From an uncultured Chloroflexia bacterium (GTDB taxonomy: Bacteria > Chloroflexota > Limnocylindria > Limnocylindrales > CSP1-4): a DNA stretch of 64,000 nucleotides. Numbering within the stretch: the first letter of the stretch is position 1; each line of letters starts with the position of its first letter. A model generated the notes under the pieces. The model saw only the letters and a list, made by a program, of their open reading frames with translations. It was not told the origin of the DNA and searched no databases. The position numbers and the translations under genes were made by a program. Positions 31,126 to 41,121 of the stretch are shown here, in pieces. The stretch covers positions 32,001 to 96,000 of the forward strand of contig CAWFXA010000002.1 of NCBI GenBank assembly GCA_963819655.1, written 5' to 3'.

Positions 31126-31698
31126 GTGGCTCACGAACCGCGCAACGCGACGATCGCCTACCCGGGCGGTCTGCGCGCGCGATGGCGCTGGGGCGGGAGC
31201 GGCCAGTCCGACGAGGTCTTCGCGCTCAGCGAGGCCGGTGGAGCGCTCATCGACCTGGGCCCCAACGTCAGCTCCGACCCCGATGCTCTGTGCCGCGCCG
31301 AGCTCCGGCTCGATGGCCCGCGCGGGTCGTGGACAGCCCGGTTCGCCTCGACGATCTACGACGAGCCGCGCGCGATCTACTGGGACACGGCGAGTCTGCT
31401 CGTCGTCGCCTACGGGTTCCATACGTTCGGGCTGGACGCCGCGAGTGGCGCGCTCCGCTGGGAGCATCGCTCGGCATCACCGATCATCGCGCTGCTCGGT
31501 TCACCGCGGCTCGGCCACATCCTCGTCCAGGCGGAGATCGAGACCTTCGCGCTCGAACGGGACGGGACGGTCGGATGGCGGGTCGCCCACTCGGACGTCG
31601 TCACCGCGGCCGAGCTGATCGGTGGTCGGCTGGTCCTGACCGGGTTCGACGGACAGCTCAACGCTCTGGATCCTGCCACAGGCCGGTCGGCGGGCTGA
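31126..31698 (+). CDS. Hypothetical protein with PQQ-like beta repeats
   Basis: LDAASGALRW, ALDPATG. Confidence 0.6.
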   Translation: MAHEPRNATIAYPGGLRARWRWGGSGQSDEVFALSEAGGALIDLGPNVSSDPDALCRAELRLDGPRGSWTARFASTIYDEPRAIYWDTASLLVVAYGFHTFGLDAASGALRWEHRSASPIIALLGSPRLGHILVQAEIETFALERDGTVGWRVAHSDVVTAAELIGGRLVLTGFDGQLNALDPATGRSAG

Positions 31699-31761
31699 CC
31701 GCGCTGTGGACGGACGGTGGATAACCTGTCGCACCCCGCCCACATTGGTGGATGACCGCCG

Positions 31762-31791
31762 TTGACCGTGCCGAGGCTTCACCCGTAGCGT
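31762..31791 (+). promoter_or_regulatory. Putative sigma70-type promoter
   Basis: TTGACC-18 nt-TAGCGT. Confidence 0.4.
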
Positions 31792-31919
31792 AGAGGCCAG
31801 CCCGGAGGGGCCGAACGATACTAACGGCGGCGATCGCATCAACGCCCACGTGTCGTGGAGGTTCCTTCGGGCCCTTCCATGTCCAGGCCACGCACGGGCG
31901 AGCGGGTATAGTCGCCGCC

Positions 31920-32819
31920 GTGACCCCCCTGATCCCGATCGTCGTCGGCTTCGTCGCGCTCGGCATCGGCGTCGCGATCCTGCGGACACTCGGGGCGAAT
32001 TACCGAGTCGGACGGCTCCTCGCGGTCACACCCGTCGTCCCGGTGGCGCACGCGCTCGAGCTGGCCTCCGGGCCGCCGCGGTTCGTCGCGGTGCGCGGCC
32101 GGATCGACACCGACCAGGAGTTCGAGGACGACGCGCACCGCCCCCTCGTCTTGCGTCGGGTCCGCTTCCAGCTCGCCGCAGGCAGCGGCTGGACCACCAT
32201 CGACGAGCAGCGCCAGTCCGTGGGCTTCGAGGTCCGCGAGGGCCTTGACGCGATCGCCGTCGACCACGATGCGATCGCCGACGGGCTCATCGTCATCCCG
32301 CGCCAGTCCGTGGGAACGGCTGCGGACGCGCCCGATCGCGTCCCACCCGGCACGGCGCCGGACGTTCCGCTGCGCTTGCGGGTCGAGCAGTTGTCGTCTG
32401 TCGAGCACGCGACGGTGGCCGGGGTGCCGTCGATCGACCCCGCGAGCGGCATCGCGCGCATGTCAGCCGGTCTCGGGCGCCCGCTCATCGTCACGACCCT
32501 CGAACGCGATGAGGCGATGCGCGTGCTCGCGGGCGACGCGCGGCGACGGCCGCTGATCGCCGTGATCGCGCTGGCGATCGGGCTCATCGCGATCACCTTT
32601 GGCCTCGTGTGGGCTGTGGCCGGCGCGTTCACACGACCGGTCCTGGCCGCGACCCCGTCGCCGTCGGCCGTCCTCGGCGGCGATCCGCGCAGCAGCGGCG
32701 AGGGCCCTGGGCTAGTCGGCGATCCCCTGACGGCCATCGTGCTCGTGCTCGTGATCGGCATCGGCGCCGCCGTCGCGACGGCGCTGTACGTCCGCCTGAC
32801 GGGCGGTCGCCGGGCCTGA
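31920..32819 (+). CDS. Hypothetical membrane protein
   Basis: One N-terminal and two C-terminal TM segments; TATAGT 7 nt before the GTG. Confidence 0.75.
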   Translation: MTPLIPIVVGFVALGIGVAILRTLGANYRVGRLLAVTPVVPVAHALELASGPPRFVAVRGRIDTDQEFEDDAHRPLVLRRVRFQLAAGSGWTTIDEQRQSVGFEVREGLDAIAVDHDAIADGLIVIPRQSVGTAADAPDRVPPGTAPDVPLRLRVEQLSSVEHATVAGVPSIDPASGIARMSAGLGRPLIVTTLERDEAMRVLAGDARRRPLIAVIALAIGLIAITFGLVWAVAGAFTRPVLAATPSPSAVLGGDPRSSGEGPGLVGDPLTAIVLVLVIGIGAAVATALYVRLTGGRRA

Positions 32820-32929
32820 TCGCGGGGTCCCGGGCGAACATCCGACCGCCGGGACCTTCGGACTATTGGCAAGAACTGTGAGATTGGTAGCCTCGGCTAC
32901 GTGCACTTCACAGTTCCTCCATCGAGGCG

Positions 32930-35863
32930 ATGAGCGCCCACCTGCCCCCGCGCCCGATCGACGCGACACTCTCCGTCACCAAGGCCGCGCGGCTCCTGGG
33001 CGTGCATCCGAACACGGTCCGCACCTGGAGCGACGCGGGTCGTCTGCGGTTCTACCGGATCAACCCGCGCGGCGATCGGCGCTACCGGCTGGGTGACCTC
33101 CAGCGGTTCCTCGCGAACGCCGAGCAGGGCGCAGCCGACTCGGCCCGGCATGCGGGTGGAGCACCCCGCCGCCAGCCGGACGGACATCGCCAGCCGCCAG
33201 TCCGGGTCGATCTGGCACCGCTCCTCGACACGACCGACGTGGAGCGCCACCGCCGGGACCTGGCGCTCATCGACGCGATCGCCCGTGAGCCGTTCGGCCA
33301 GACGACGCTCGAGGAAGACCTGGACAGGTTCGCGGACCACGTCCGTGACGCCGGCGACCGTGCGATGGTCGTCATCTGGGAGCGCCACGACGATCGACTG
33401 ATGCCAGCCGCAGTGGCGGTACCACCCGGGGTCGCCCCTCCGCGTCTGCTCGACGTCCCGAGGTCGTTCGGCGTCCTCGGACGGGCACTCGAGGCCGCGA
33501 CGCGGCGAGGGGCCCGCTCGATCGACGATGCCCCCGGCGTACTCGCCGTGGAGGCCGACAAGGGCGAGCGGGTCACCGCGACCGTGCTGCCCGGCGATCG
33601 CGAGGAGCTCGCCGCCGCGATCCCAGGGCGCGATGGGCCGTGGGGCGTCCTGCTGGTCGTCGCCGCGCCAGGGGACGGCTTCGAGCCTCTCGATCACGAC
33701 CTCGCGACCGTCCTCGCCGACGGGATCGGCGCCATCGTCGGCGTCGTCCGCCGCGAGGAGGAGGTCGCGCACCTGCTGCATCGGGCGGAGGCGCTGCGTC
33801 GCGTGGCGGGCGACATCGGCAGCGGCGTCGACCTCGACCGTATCCTCGCCGGCCTCGTCGACCACGCGATGGTGCTGTTCGAGGGTGACCGTGGCGCGGT
33901 GTTCCTGCGCCAGCCCGACGGCAAGGTCGCGGCCGAGGTCAGCCGCGGCCTGTCAGCGGCGTACACCGCCGCGGTCCGCGACTTCCCGGAGCGGTGTCTG
34001 CCGAACTACGCGATCGCCGCCCGCCGACCGCTGTTCTCGACCAACTACCGTGACGACCCGCGGGGCGCCGATGTCCGTGCGGCGGTCGTCCAGGAGGGTT
34101 TCGACACGATGTGCACGGCGCCGTTGCTCGACGGCGATCACGTGCTCGGCCTTCTCAACGTGTACCACGACGAACCGCACGACTGGAGCGCGGACGAGCT
34201 CGAGACGATCACGGCCCTCGGGACCCAGGCCAGCGTGGCCATCCGCACTGCTCAGAACTTCGAGCAGATGGCGACCTGGACGGCCCAGCTGCAGTCCATC
34301 CAGCAGCTTGGGGCACGACTCAATCACCTCTCGAACGTCCGCGACATCGGCCTGGCGATCGGCACCGAGCTCCGGCAGCTGATCGACTATCACAACGTCC
34401 GCGTCTACCGGCGGATGGGCGACGAGCTGGTCCCCGTCGCACTCCGCGGACAGGTCGGTGAGTACGTCGACGAGACGCCCGACCAGCTGAAGGTCGCGGT
34501 GGGCGAGGGCATCACGGGCTGGGTCGCCGAGCACCGCATCGCCCAGTACCTTCCCGACGCGAGCACCGACCCGCGCGCGGACACCATCCCCGGCACCGAG
34601 GACGACCTCGAGGAATCGATGCTGCTCGCACCGATGCTGTTCGAGGACGACGTCCTCGGCGTGCTCGTGCTCTCGAAGCTCGGCCTCCACCAGTTCAGCG
34701 ACGACGACCTGCGCCTGCTCGTGATCTACGCGAGCTTCGCGGCGCAGGCGATGGCCAACGCGGATGCCACGGGCCGGCTGCGGGAGCAATCGGCGGCGCT
34801 CGAGCAGCAGCTCCGCAGCCAGCGCGCGCTCCTCCAGATCACCGAGTCGATCCTGACGACGCTCGACGGCCGGGCCGTGCTGGAGGGCATCACCGAACGG
34901 CTCGGTGGGCTCATCGCTTGCGACAACGTCGCGATCGAAGTGCTCGATCCGGCGACTGGCCTGCTGACGCCGTTGACGGCGCGTGGCGTCCATGCGGCCG
35001 CGTACATGGAGCCCTGGGAACCGGGTGAGACCGGCGTCGCGACCTGGGTGGTCGAGCACAACGAACCCGTCTACATCGACGACGAGCGCAGCGACCCGCG
35101 CGTCAATCATTTCCGCGTGACTGACGGGATCGACGAGACCTCGGCGGATGGCAGCCTCATCGTCGTGCCGCTGCGCGGCCGATCCGGCGCGATCGGGGTC
35201 CTGACGATCGAGCGGCTCGGCGTCGGGAATACGTTCGCGCCCGAGGAGTTCGACCTCGTGAAACTGTTCGCGGCGCAGGTGTCGATCGCCCTGCAGAACG
35301 CGGAGGTGTATCGCGCCGTCGAGATCCGAGCCCAGACGGATGGCCTGACCGGCCTTCTCAATCACACCACGTTCGAGGACCACCTGGGTCGCGCGGTGCG
35401 CGACGGCGCGCCCTTCGGGCTCATCATGCTCGACCTCGACGACTTCCGGCAGGTCAACAACCGGATGGGCCACCTCGCCGGCGACGAGGAGCTACGGCGC
35501 ATCGCCAAGGCCTTGACGCGGTCGGGCCGCGACTCCGACCTCGTGTTCCGCTACGGCGGCGACGAGTTCGCGTTCCTGCTGCCGCACACCGACACCGCCG
35601 GCGCGCGGCAGGTCGCGGAACGGGCTGGCGCCGCGGTGCGCGGCCTCGGCGGTCCGGTCACTGCCTCGATCGGGGTCGCGACGTTCCCCATCGACGGCGC
35701 GACGGCGGCGGACGTCCTGCTCGCCGCGGACCGAGCGTGCTTCGTCGCCAAGCGCGGTGGCCGCGATCGCGTCGCGACCGCCGCCGAGGGCCTCGCCCTC
35801 GCGGCCGAGTTCCGGCCCCAGGCGCCGACGCCGGTCGACTCCGAGGTGGAAGCAGCGAGCTAG
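32930..35863 (+). CDS. Diguanylate cyclase with N-terminal excisionase/MerR-like HTH and several GAF domains
   Basis: LSVTKAARLLGVHPNTVRTWSDAG...RINPRGDRRY; GAF repeats; DGLTGLLN, RDSD I-site, RYGGDEF. Confidence 0.92.
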   Translation: MSAHLPPRPIDATLSVTKAARLLGVHPNTVRTWSDAGRLRFYRINPRGDRRYRLGDLQRFLANAEQGAADSARHAGGAPRRQPDGHRQPPVRVDLAPLLDTTDVERHRRDLALIDAIAREPFGQTTLEEDLDRFADHVRDAGDRAMVVIWERHDDRLMPAAVAVPPGVAPPRLLDVPRSFGVLGRALEAATRRGARSIDDAPGVLAVEADKGERVTATVLPGDREELAAAIPGRDGPWGVLLVVAAPGDGFEPLDHDLATVLADGIGAIVGVVRREEEVAHLLHRAEALRRVAGDIGSGVDLDRILAGLVDHAMVLFEGDRGAVFLRQPDGKVAAEVSRGLSAAYTAAVRDFPERCLPNYAIAARRPLFSTNYRDDPRGADVRAAVVQEGFDTMCTAPLLDGDHVLGLLNVYHDEPHDWSADELETITALGTQASVAIRTAQNFEQMATWTAQLQSIQQLGARLNHLSNVRDIGLAIGTELRQLIDYHNVRVYRRMGDELVPVALRGQVGEYVDETPDQLKVAVGEGITGWVAEHRIAQYLPDASTDPRADTIPGTEDDLEESMLLAPMLFEDDVLGVLVLSKLGLHQFSDDDLRLLVIYASFAAQAMANADATGRLREQSAALEQQLRSQRALLQITESILTTLDGRAVLEGITERLGGLIACDNVAIEVLDPATGLLTPLTARGVHAAAYMEPWEPGETGVATWVVEHNEPVYIDDERSDPRVNHFRVTDGIDETSADGSLIVVPLRGRSGAIGVLTIERLGVGNTFAPEEFDLVKLFAAQVSIALQNAEVYRAVEIRAQTDGLTGLLNHTTFEDHLGRAVRDGAPFGLIMLDLDDFRQVNNRMGHLAGDEELRRIAKALTRSGRDSDLVFRYGGDEFAFLLPHTDTAGARQVAERAGAAVRGLGGPVTASIGVATFPIDGATAADVLLAADRACFVAKRGGRDRVATAAEGLALAAEFRPQAPTPVDSEVEAAS

Positions 35864-35899
35864 TCGCTCCCTGCGGGCCCGGGGGACGATGCAACCCTA

Positions 35900-36037
35900 G
35901 AGATGCGCCGATATCGGCGCATCTCGGCGTTTGATCGGGCGATTCGTGCTCAGCCTCGATCGCCGCGATGACGCTGATGGCGTCGCCCTGAACGACTCGC
36001 GGATTGTGGGCCCTGGATGCGACGATTTCGGCGCATC
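35900..36037. repeat. Pair of related palindromes 114 bp apart
   Basis: Perfect 26-bp GAGATGCGCCGATATCGGCGCATCTC at 35900-35925; degenerate GATGCGACGATTTCGGCGCATC at 36016-36037. Confidence 0.75.
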
Positions 36038-36095
36038 GGCGTCGGATGACGGCCGGGCGCTGGCGCCAAACGCACACACCGGCCACGATCCGGTG

Positions 36096-36590
36096 ATGCG
36101 GGAACACCTCCGGGCGCTGTCAGCGGCCATCGCGATCTTCTCGATCGTGGTCGCCTGCATCCCACCGACAGGCCGGTTCACGACGCCGTCCGAGCCGCCT
36201 GCCGCGTCGGAGGCCGTCGCGACGCCGGTGACCTCCCCAGGCGGGCCCTCGTCACGGCCGTCGTTCATCCGTCCGACGCCGACGCCGCTGCCGACCTTCC
36301 TCGTCTACACCGTCAGGCCGGGCGACACGCTGACCTCGATCGCCCGGCTGTTCGGCACGACCGCGCGCAGCATCGCGTTCTGGAACCGCGCGAACCATCC
36401 GTCGCTCGACCCGGACTCCCCGAGCTACGCGCCGGATCGCATCCAGGCCGGCTGGAACCTGAACCTGGTCCCCGATGTCGAGCTCGATCCCGAGGACCTG
36501 CCGGACCTGCCGACGGCGGCGCCGACGGGACCCAGCCGGGGCACGTCCGGCCCAGGCCCGTCCAGCTCCGCCACGCCCGTGTCGTCCTAA
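36096..36590 (+). CDS. LysM-domain lipoprotein
   Basis: VVAC lipobox-like, Pro/Thr linker, YTVRPGDTLTSIARLFGTT. Confidence 0.85.
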   Translation: MREHLRALSAAIAIFSIVVACIPPTGRFTTPSEPPAASEAVATPVTSPGGPSSRPSFIRPTPTPLPTFLVYTVRPGDTLTSIARLFGTTARSIAFWNRANHPSLDPDSPSYAPDRIQAGWNLNLVPDVELDPEDLPDLPTAAPTGPSRGTSGPGPSSSATPVSS

Positions 36591-36606
36591 GTCAGAGCCG
36601 CCCGAG

Positions 36607-37371
36607 TCAGAGCCGCCCGGCGTCGATGATGCGCTGGAGGAATTGCCGCGTCCGGGGCTCGCGCGGGTCGCTGAACACCTGATCCGGCGGACCGGACTCG
36701 AAGATCACGCCCTCATCGAGGAAGCAGACGCGATCGGCGATCTCGCGTGCGAAACCCATCTCGTGGGTCGCGATCAGCATCGTCATGCCCCCGCTGGCGA
36801 GCTCCCGGATCACGCCCAGCACCTCGGCGACGAGCTCCGGGTCGAGGGCGCTGGTCACCTCGTCGAGCAGCAGCAGGTCGGGCTGCATCGCCAGCGCGCG
36901 GATGATCGCGACGCGCTGCTGCTGACCGCCGGATAGGCGATCCGGGTAGTCGATCCGCTTGTCGGCCAGTCCGAACCGTTCGAGCAGCCGGGTCGCCGCC
37001 GCCTCGGCGTCGGCGCGGGGTGTCCGCAGCACCTTCCGCGGGGCGAGCGTGATGTTGTCGAGGACCGACATGTGCGGGAACAGGTTGTAGGCCTGGAACA
37101 CGATGCCGATGCGCCGCCGGATCCGGTCCACGTTGACGTCGAGCGCGGTGATCTCGTCGCCCTCGATGACGATGCGTCCGGCGTCGATCGGCTCGATCAG
37201 GTTGATGCAGCGGAGCAGCGTCGATTTGCCTGAGCCAGACGCGCCGATGAGGCAGACGACCTCGTGCTCTGCGACGTCGAGGTCGATGCCGCGCAGGACG
37301 GCCAGCGACCCGAACGACTTCTCGAGGCCCTCGATGTGGACGGCCGGGACGGGCCTGGGTGACGCGGTCAT
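36607..37371 (-). CDS. Polar amino-acid ABC transporter ATP-binding protein
   Basis: GASGSGKST, LSGGQQQRVA, LLLDEVTSALDPE. Confidence 0.95.
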   Translation of the reverse strand: MTASPRPVPAVHIEGLEKSFGSLAVLRGIDLDVAEHEVVCLIGASGSGKSTLLRCINLIEPIDAGRIVIEGDEITALDVNVDRIRRRIGIVFQAYNLFPHMSVLDNITLAPRKVLRTPRADAEAAATRLLERFGLADKRIDYPDRLSGGQQQRVAIIRALAMQPDLLLLDEVTSALDPELVAEVLGVIRELASGGMTMLIATHEMGFAREIADRVCFLDEGVIFESGPPDQVFSDPREPRTRQFLQRIIDAGRL

Positions 37372-38199
37372 CGTCGACCTCCGTCAGCCTGCCGCCGATC
37401 CCGCGCGATGAGGAAGTCCGTCAGGCGGGCGAGCGGGATCGTCACGACGATGAACACGAGCGCGACCGCCATGTATGGCGTGAAGTTGAAGGCGGCGGCC
37501 TGCTTGATCTGTGCCGTCCGAAAGATCTCGACCACCCCGATGGACGACACGAGCACCGTGTCCTTCTGGAGACCGATGAAATCGTTGAGCAGCGGCGGCA
37601 CGACGCGCCGCACGGCCTGCGGGACGACGACGTGGCGGAGGCTCTGCCATCGGCTGAGACCGAGCGAGCGCGCCGCGGCATCCTGGCTCGGGTGGACCGA
37701 CTCGATGCCGGCGCGGTAGACCTCGGAGACGTATGCCGAATAGACCAGCGTCAGGGCCAGGATCCCGTACAGGATCGGGGGCGTCTTTGGGTCGACGAGG
37801 CCCAGCCCCGGGATCCCGAACCCGAGGACGAAGATGACGAGCAGCCCCGGGAGGGCCCGAAAGATGTCCGCGTAGAGCGTGGCGATCAGGCGGACCGGGA
37901 AGAACACCGGCCCCGGCAGGCTGCGCAGGATGGCGATGATCAGGCCGAAGATCAGGACCAGGATCTCCGCCGCGACGAAGAGCTGGATGTTGACGAAGAA
38001 GGCCGCGACGATGCCGGGCAACGCCGCGGCAAAGACACTCGGCATCGAGGAACGAGCTTTGGACGTCCGGCCAGCCGGGAGCGTTCACGACGACCAACGC
38101 CAGCACGCCGAAGACGACGACCGTGCTGGCCAGCGCGAGGAGCGACGAACGCAACGCCCGCCGTCGATCTCGGCGACGGCGGGCGTCGGTGACGTTCAT
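37368..38199 (-). CDS. Polar amino-acid ABC permease, one frameshift near 38040
   Basis: DIFRALP, SAYVSEVYRAGI, AARSLGL, LLNDFIGLQKDT. Confidence 0.92.
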
Positions 38200-38220
38200 G
38201 TGCGGGCGCGCCCGCGCGGT

Positions 38221-39159
38221 CTACGGACCGAAGACCGGGACGGCGTCCTGGAACGGGAGGAACTGGCTGGCCAGCGCTTCGAGCGTGCCCTCGTTGATCA
38301 GCACGTCGATGGCGCCGTTGACGCACTCGGTGAGCGGGCTGTCCTTGGCGAGCACGGCGCTGAAGTGCTCGGGCGTGCCACCCTTGAACTGTCCGACGAT
38401 GATCGAGTTCTCCAACTGCACGTTGGTGATGAAGTCGGCGGTCGGCAGGTCGACGACGACACCGTCGATGGAGCCCTGGCCAAGTGCCTCGATCGCGGCA
38501 TCGTTGGTGTCGAACACCTGTGGAGCGTTGGTCGGCGCGATAAGCGTGTTGATCGCGTCGAAGCTGGTCGTGCCGACCTGAGCGCCGAACGTGAACTCCT
38601 TGAGGGACGATGTCGAGTTCACCGCGGCGATCGGGGTGCCTTGCATCGCGACCAGCGACTGGTTGCCGAAGTAGTAGCCCTTCGAGAGGTCGACGTTCTC
38701 GGCACGCTCCGGCTTGAACGACACCTGGTTGAGGTCGATGTCGAAGGTCTTCGGGCCCGGCGCGAACGAGTTCGCGAACGGGACCACGACCCAGGTGACC
38801 TCATCACGGCCGAAGCCCAGCTGATCGGCGATGGCATAGCCGACCGCGCTCTCGAACCCAGTCGCGTTGGTCGGGTCGCCGAGCTCCCAAGGAGCGGTCT
38901 TGCTCCCGTCGGTGTTCTCGAGGAAGTACGGCGGGTACGCGGGATTGTCAGTGCCGATCGTGAACGTGCCGGCCGTCACCAGGGTGAGGCTGTCCTTGGC
39001 GCACGCGCCAGGGCTTGCCACGGCCTCGCTGGGGGCGACCGACGGCTCGACCGACGGGGCGACGGGGGTCGCGCTGATGGGGGCCGCGCCAGGGCTCGTG
39101 CAGGCCGCGAGCAGGATCGCGAGCATGCCGGCGCTGGCGACGCCTGTGGTCTTGCGCAT
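38221..39159 (-). CDS. Amino-acid ABC substrate-binding lipoprotein
   Basis: LAAC lipobox, GTDNPAYPPY, GFESAV, GAQVGTTS. Confidence 0.92.
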   Translation of the reverse strand: MRKTTGVASAGMLAILLAACTSPGAAPISATPVAPSVEPSVAPSEAVASPGACAKDSLTLVTAGTFTIGTDNPAYPPYFLENTDGSKTAPWELGDPTNATGFESAVGYAIADQLGFGRDEVTWVVVPFANSFAPGPKTFDIDLNQVSFKPERAENVDLSKGYYFGNQSLVAMQGTPIAAVNSTSSLKEFTFGAQVGTTSFDAINTLIAPTNAPQVFDTNDAAIEALGQGSIDGVVVDLPTADFITNVQLENSIIVGQFKGGTPEHFSAVLAKDSPLTECVNGAIDVLINEGTLEALASQFLPFQDAVPVFGP

Positions 39160-39269
39160 GGGATGCCTCTCCGAAAGGGAACGGGGACGCGCGAGAGTGT
39201 ACCCGCCGATGTCATAGGTGTCAGGTAGGAGTTCGGCGCAGGCGATCAGTCGTTGCGCCGCCCGAAACG

Positions 39270-39311
39270 CGCCGAAGCGGCGCCGGGAGGAGGTTCGGCG
39301 CCGCTTCGGCG
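39270..39311. repeat. Perfect 16-bp inverted repeat with a 10-nt loop, possible terminator or REP
   Basis: CGCCGAAGCGGCGCCG / CGGCGCCGCTTCGGCG. Confidence 0.7.
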
Positions 39312-39371
39312 TTGGTCGATCGCTCGGGCGGGAGGAGGGTCGCACCCTCGCGATCGGGTGATATGCGGAGA

Positions 39372-39743
39372 TCAGTGCGGTCGGGCGGTGCCTCCGTCGG
39401 ACGGTCCGAACCGTCCGTTCTGGACCATCGCCTTGAGGAAAAGCAGTTGGTTGACCTGGCGGATCGACCATCGCCCATCGGCGACGGGGATGCCGCACAG
39501 GAATGCGGTCAGCGTGGCGGCTTCGTCAGGCGCGAGGCCCCTGCTCACCAGGAGCCGGTAGGTCGAACGCGTCTCCGGCTGGACCGTCTCGTCCCTGGCC
39601 GGTGACTGGGCCGGGGAGGGTGTCGGCTTCGTTGCCGCGGACCCAGCTCCGACCGTGGACCCGGCCCCGAGCAAGCGCACCGACGAAGCGTGGCGAGGCG
39701 ATCGCCCGCGTCCCCGTGAACCTCGCTGCGCCGGCCCGTCCAT
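39372..39743 (-). CDS. Small hypothetical protein, start uncertain
   Basis: Protein-like C-terminal part TYRLLVSRGLAPDEAATLTAFLCGIPV...WSIRQVNQLLFL. Confidence 0.55.
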   Translation of the reverse strand: MDGPAQRGSRGRGRSPRHASSVRLLGAGSTVGAGSAATKPTPSPAQSPARDETVQPETRSTYRLLVSRGLAPDEAATLTAFLCGIPVADGRWSIRQVNQLLFLKAMVQNGRFGPSDGGTARPH

Positions 39744-39924
39744 GTGTCACTGGCCTCTCGGATCCCCTCGATATCCGCCTCCGGATGGTCCGGTGCGGTA
39801 GGGGCATGCTGGTCCCGGCTGGCACCGGTCGCGATGACCCATCGGTCCTACGCCGACCGGTACTTCCGGTGACGCGCCTCCCCAACGACCCGTCCGGCCG
39901 CGCGAGAGCCCTAGACTCGGCGCC

Positions 39925-41121
39925 ATGCGCGTTCGACGCCTCGGTCTGCGGCTCATCGGATTGGCCCTGGTCTGCGCTTGGGGACTCGCCGCGGCGCTGG
40001 TGCTGCTGGCGTATCGGCCGGGCGGCCCGCTCGACCTGATCGTCGGGATCACGATGTTGCTGCCGCTGGGGATCGCGGCCCTGGCGGTCCGCTGGCCGCC
40101 CCTCGCCCGCCGCGAGGTGTCCCACGCGCTGATCGTGGCGCTCGGGTTCGCGACACTGCTCGTCCTGCTGCCGTCCATCGGCGGCGTGCTGAACCAGCTG
40201 CAGGCGTACGGCTCGCAGACGCTGATGCCGTCGCCCGAGGCTGCGTACCCGTGGCTGCTCGCACTCATCGGGACCAGCCTGTTCGCGGGCTTCGGTCAGG
40301 CCCGCCGGGTGATGGGCGGCATGGCGCGCCGTCGCCAGCGGCTGCTCCTCGGCCTGGCCATCGCCACCTCCCTGACGCTCGTCGCCGGCACGGCGTTCGG
40401 CGGCGCCGCGATCGCCAACGAGCTGAGCCTGCGCGACACCGTCCGGCCGAGCATCGGCTCGCGCTTCGGACCGACCGACATCGGCGCCGACGTGGAGCCG
40501 CCATCGTGCGACGGCGCGGTCGTGGCGGGCTCGACGGCGCGCCTTGCGGCACGGTTCGTGGGCTCGATCGACGGACGGCAGAGCGGGACGGTCGATCTCG
40601 TCGGTCACCGGTCGCGGGCGGACTTCCGCTGGCTCGCGTACGTCGCCACCAACCGTGAGCTGGGCCAGTACGGCCAAGCCCGGCGCGGCGACGCCGGGTG
40701 GCTCCGCACGCCCGCCGCCGGCTGGGTGCCCACCCTGCTGACGGTCGTCCGGGACTCGACGCTCGACCTGCAGACAGTCGCCGTCGCGCTCACCGACGGC
40801 GCCCGAGCCACCGCCGAGGACTACGGCATCGAGGTCATCGAGCGGGCGCCGGCGCGGCGCTGCCGCGTGTCCGTCGACGGGTCGATCTTCCGGGCGATCT
40901 TTCCCCCTGTCGCGTGGCTCGTCGGCGACCACGATCTCGAGCGCTGGCGGGGCCAGCTCGATTACTGGGTCTTCCTCGACGGTGCACTCGGCCAGGTCGC
41001 GGGGTCGATCAACGGCGAGGCCAGCGGGATCGAGGAGGAAGCCATCCAGGGCAAGATCGAAGTGCTGCTGACCGCGACCGAGCGCGGCCGCGACGTCGTG
41101 ATCGCGGCGCCGGCGCCATGA
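39925..41121 (+). CDS. Hypothetical membrane protein, ~5 TM plus extracytoplasmic beta domain
   Basis: Hydrophobic N-terminal half; ATGA overlap with the WYL gene. Confidence 0.75.
   Translation: MRVRRLGLRLIGLALVCAWGLAAALVLLAYRPGGPLDLIVGITMLLPLGIAALAVRWPPLARREVSHALIVALGFATLLVLLPSIGGVLNQLQAYGSQTLMPSPEAAYPWLLALIGTSLFAGFGQARRVMGGMARRRQRLLLGLAIATSLTLVAGTAFGGAAIANELSLRDTVRPSIGSRFGPTDIGADVEPPSCDGAVVAGSTARLAARFVGSIDGRQSGTVDLVGHRSRADFRWLAYVATNRELGQYGQARRGDAGWLRTPAAGWVPTLLTVVRDSTLDLQTVAVALTDGARATAEDYGIEVIERAPARRCRVSVDGSIFRAIFPPVAWLVGDHDLERWRGQLDYWVFLDGALGQVAGSINGEASGIEEEAIQGKIEVLLTATERGRDVVIAAPAP

Noticed and set aside
36591-36619. 14-bp direct repeat GTCAGAGCCGCCCG at the ABC ATPase stop
   Set aside because: A short local duplication with nothing inserted; likely slippage.
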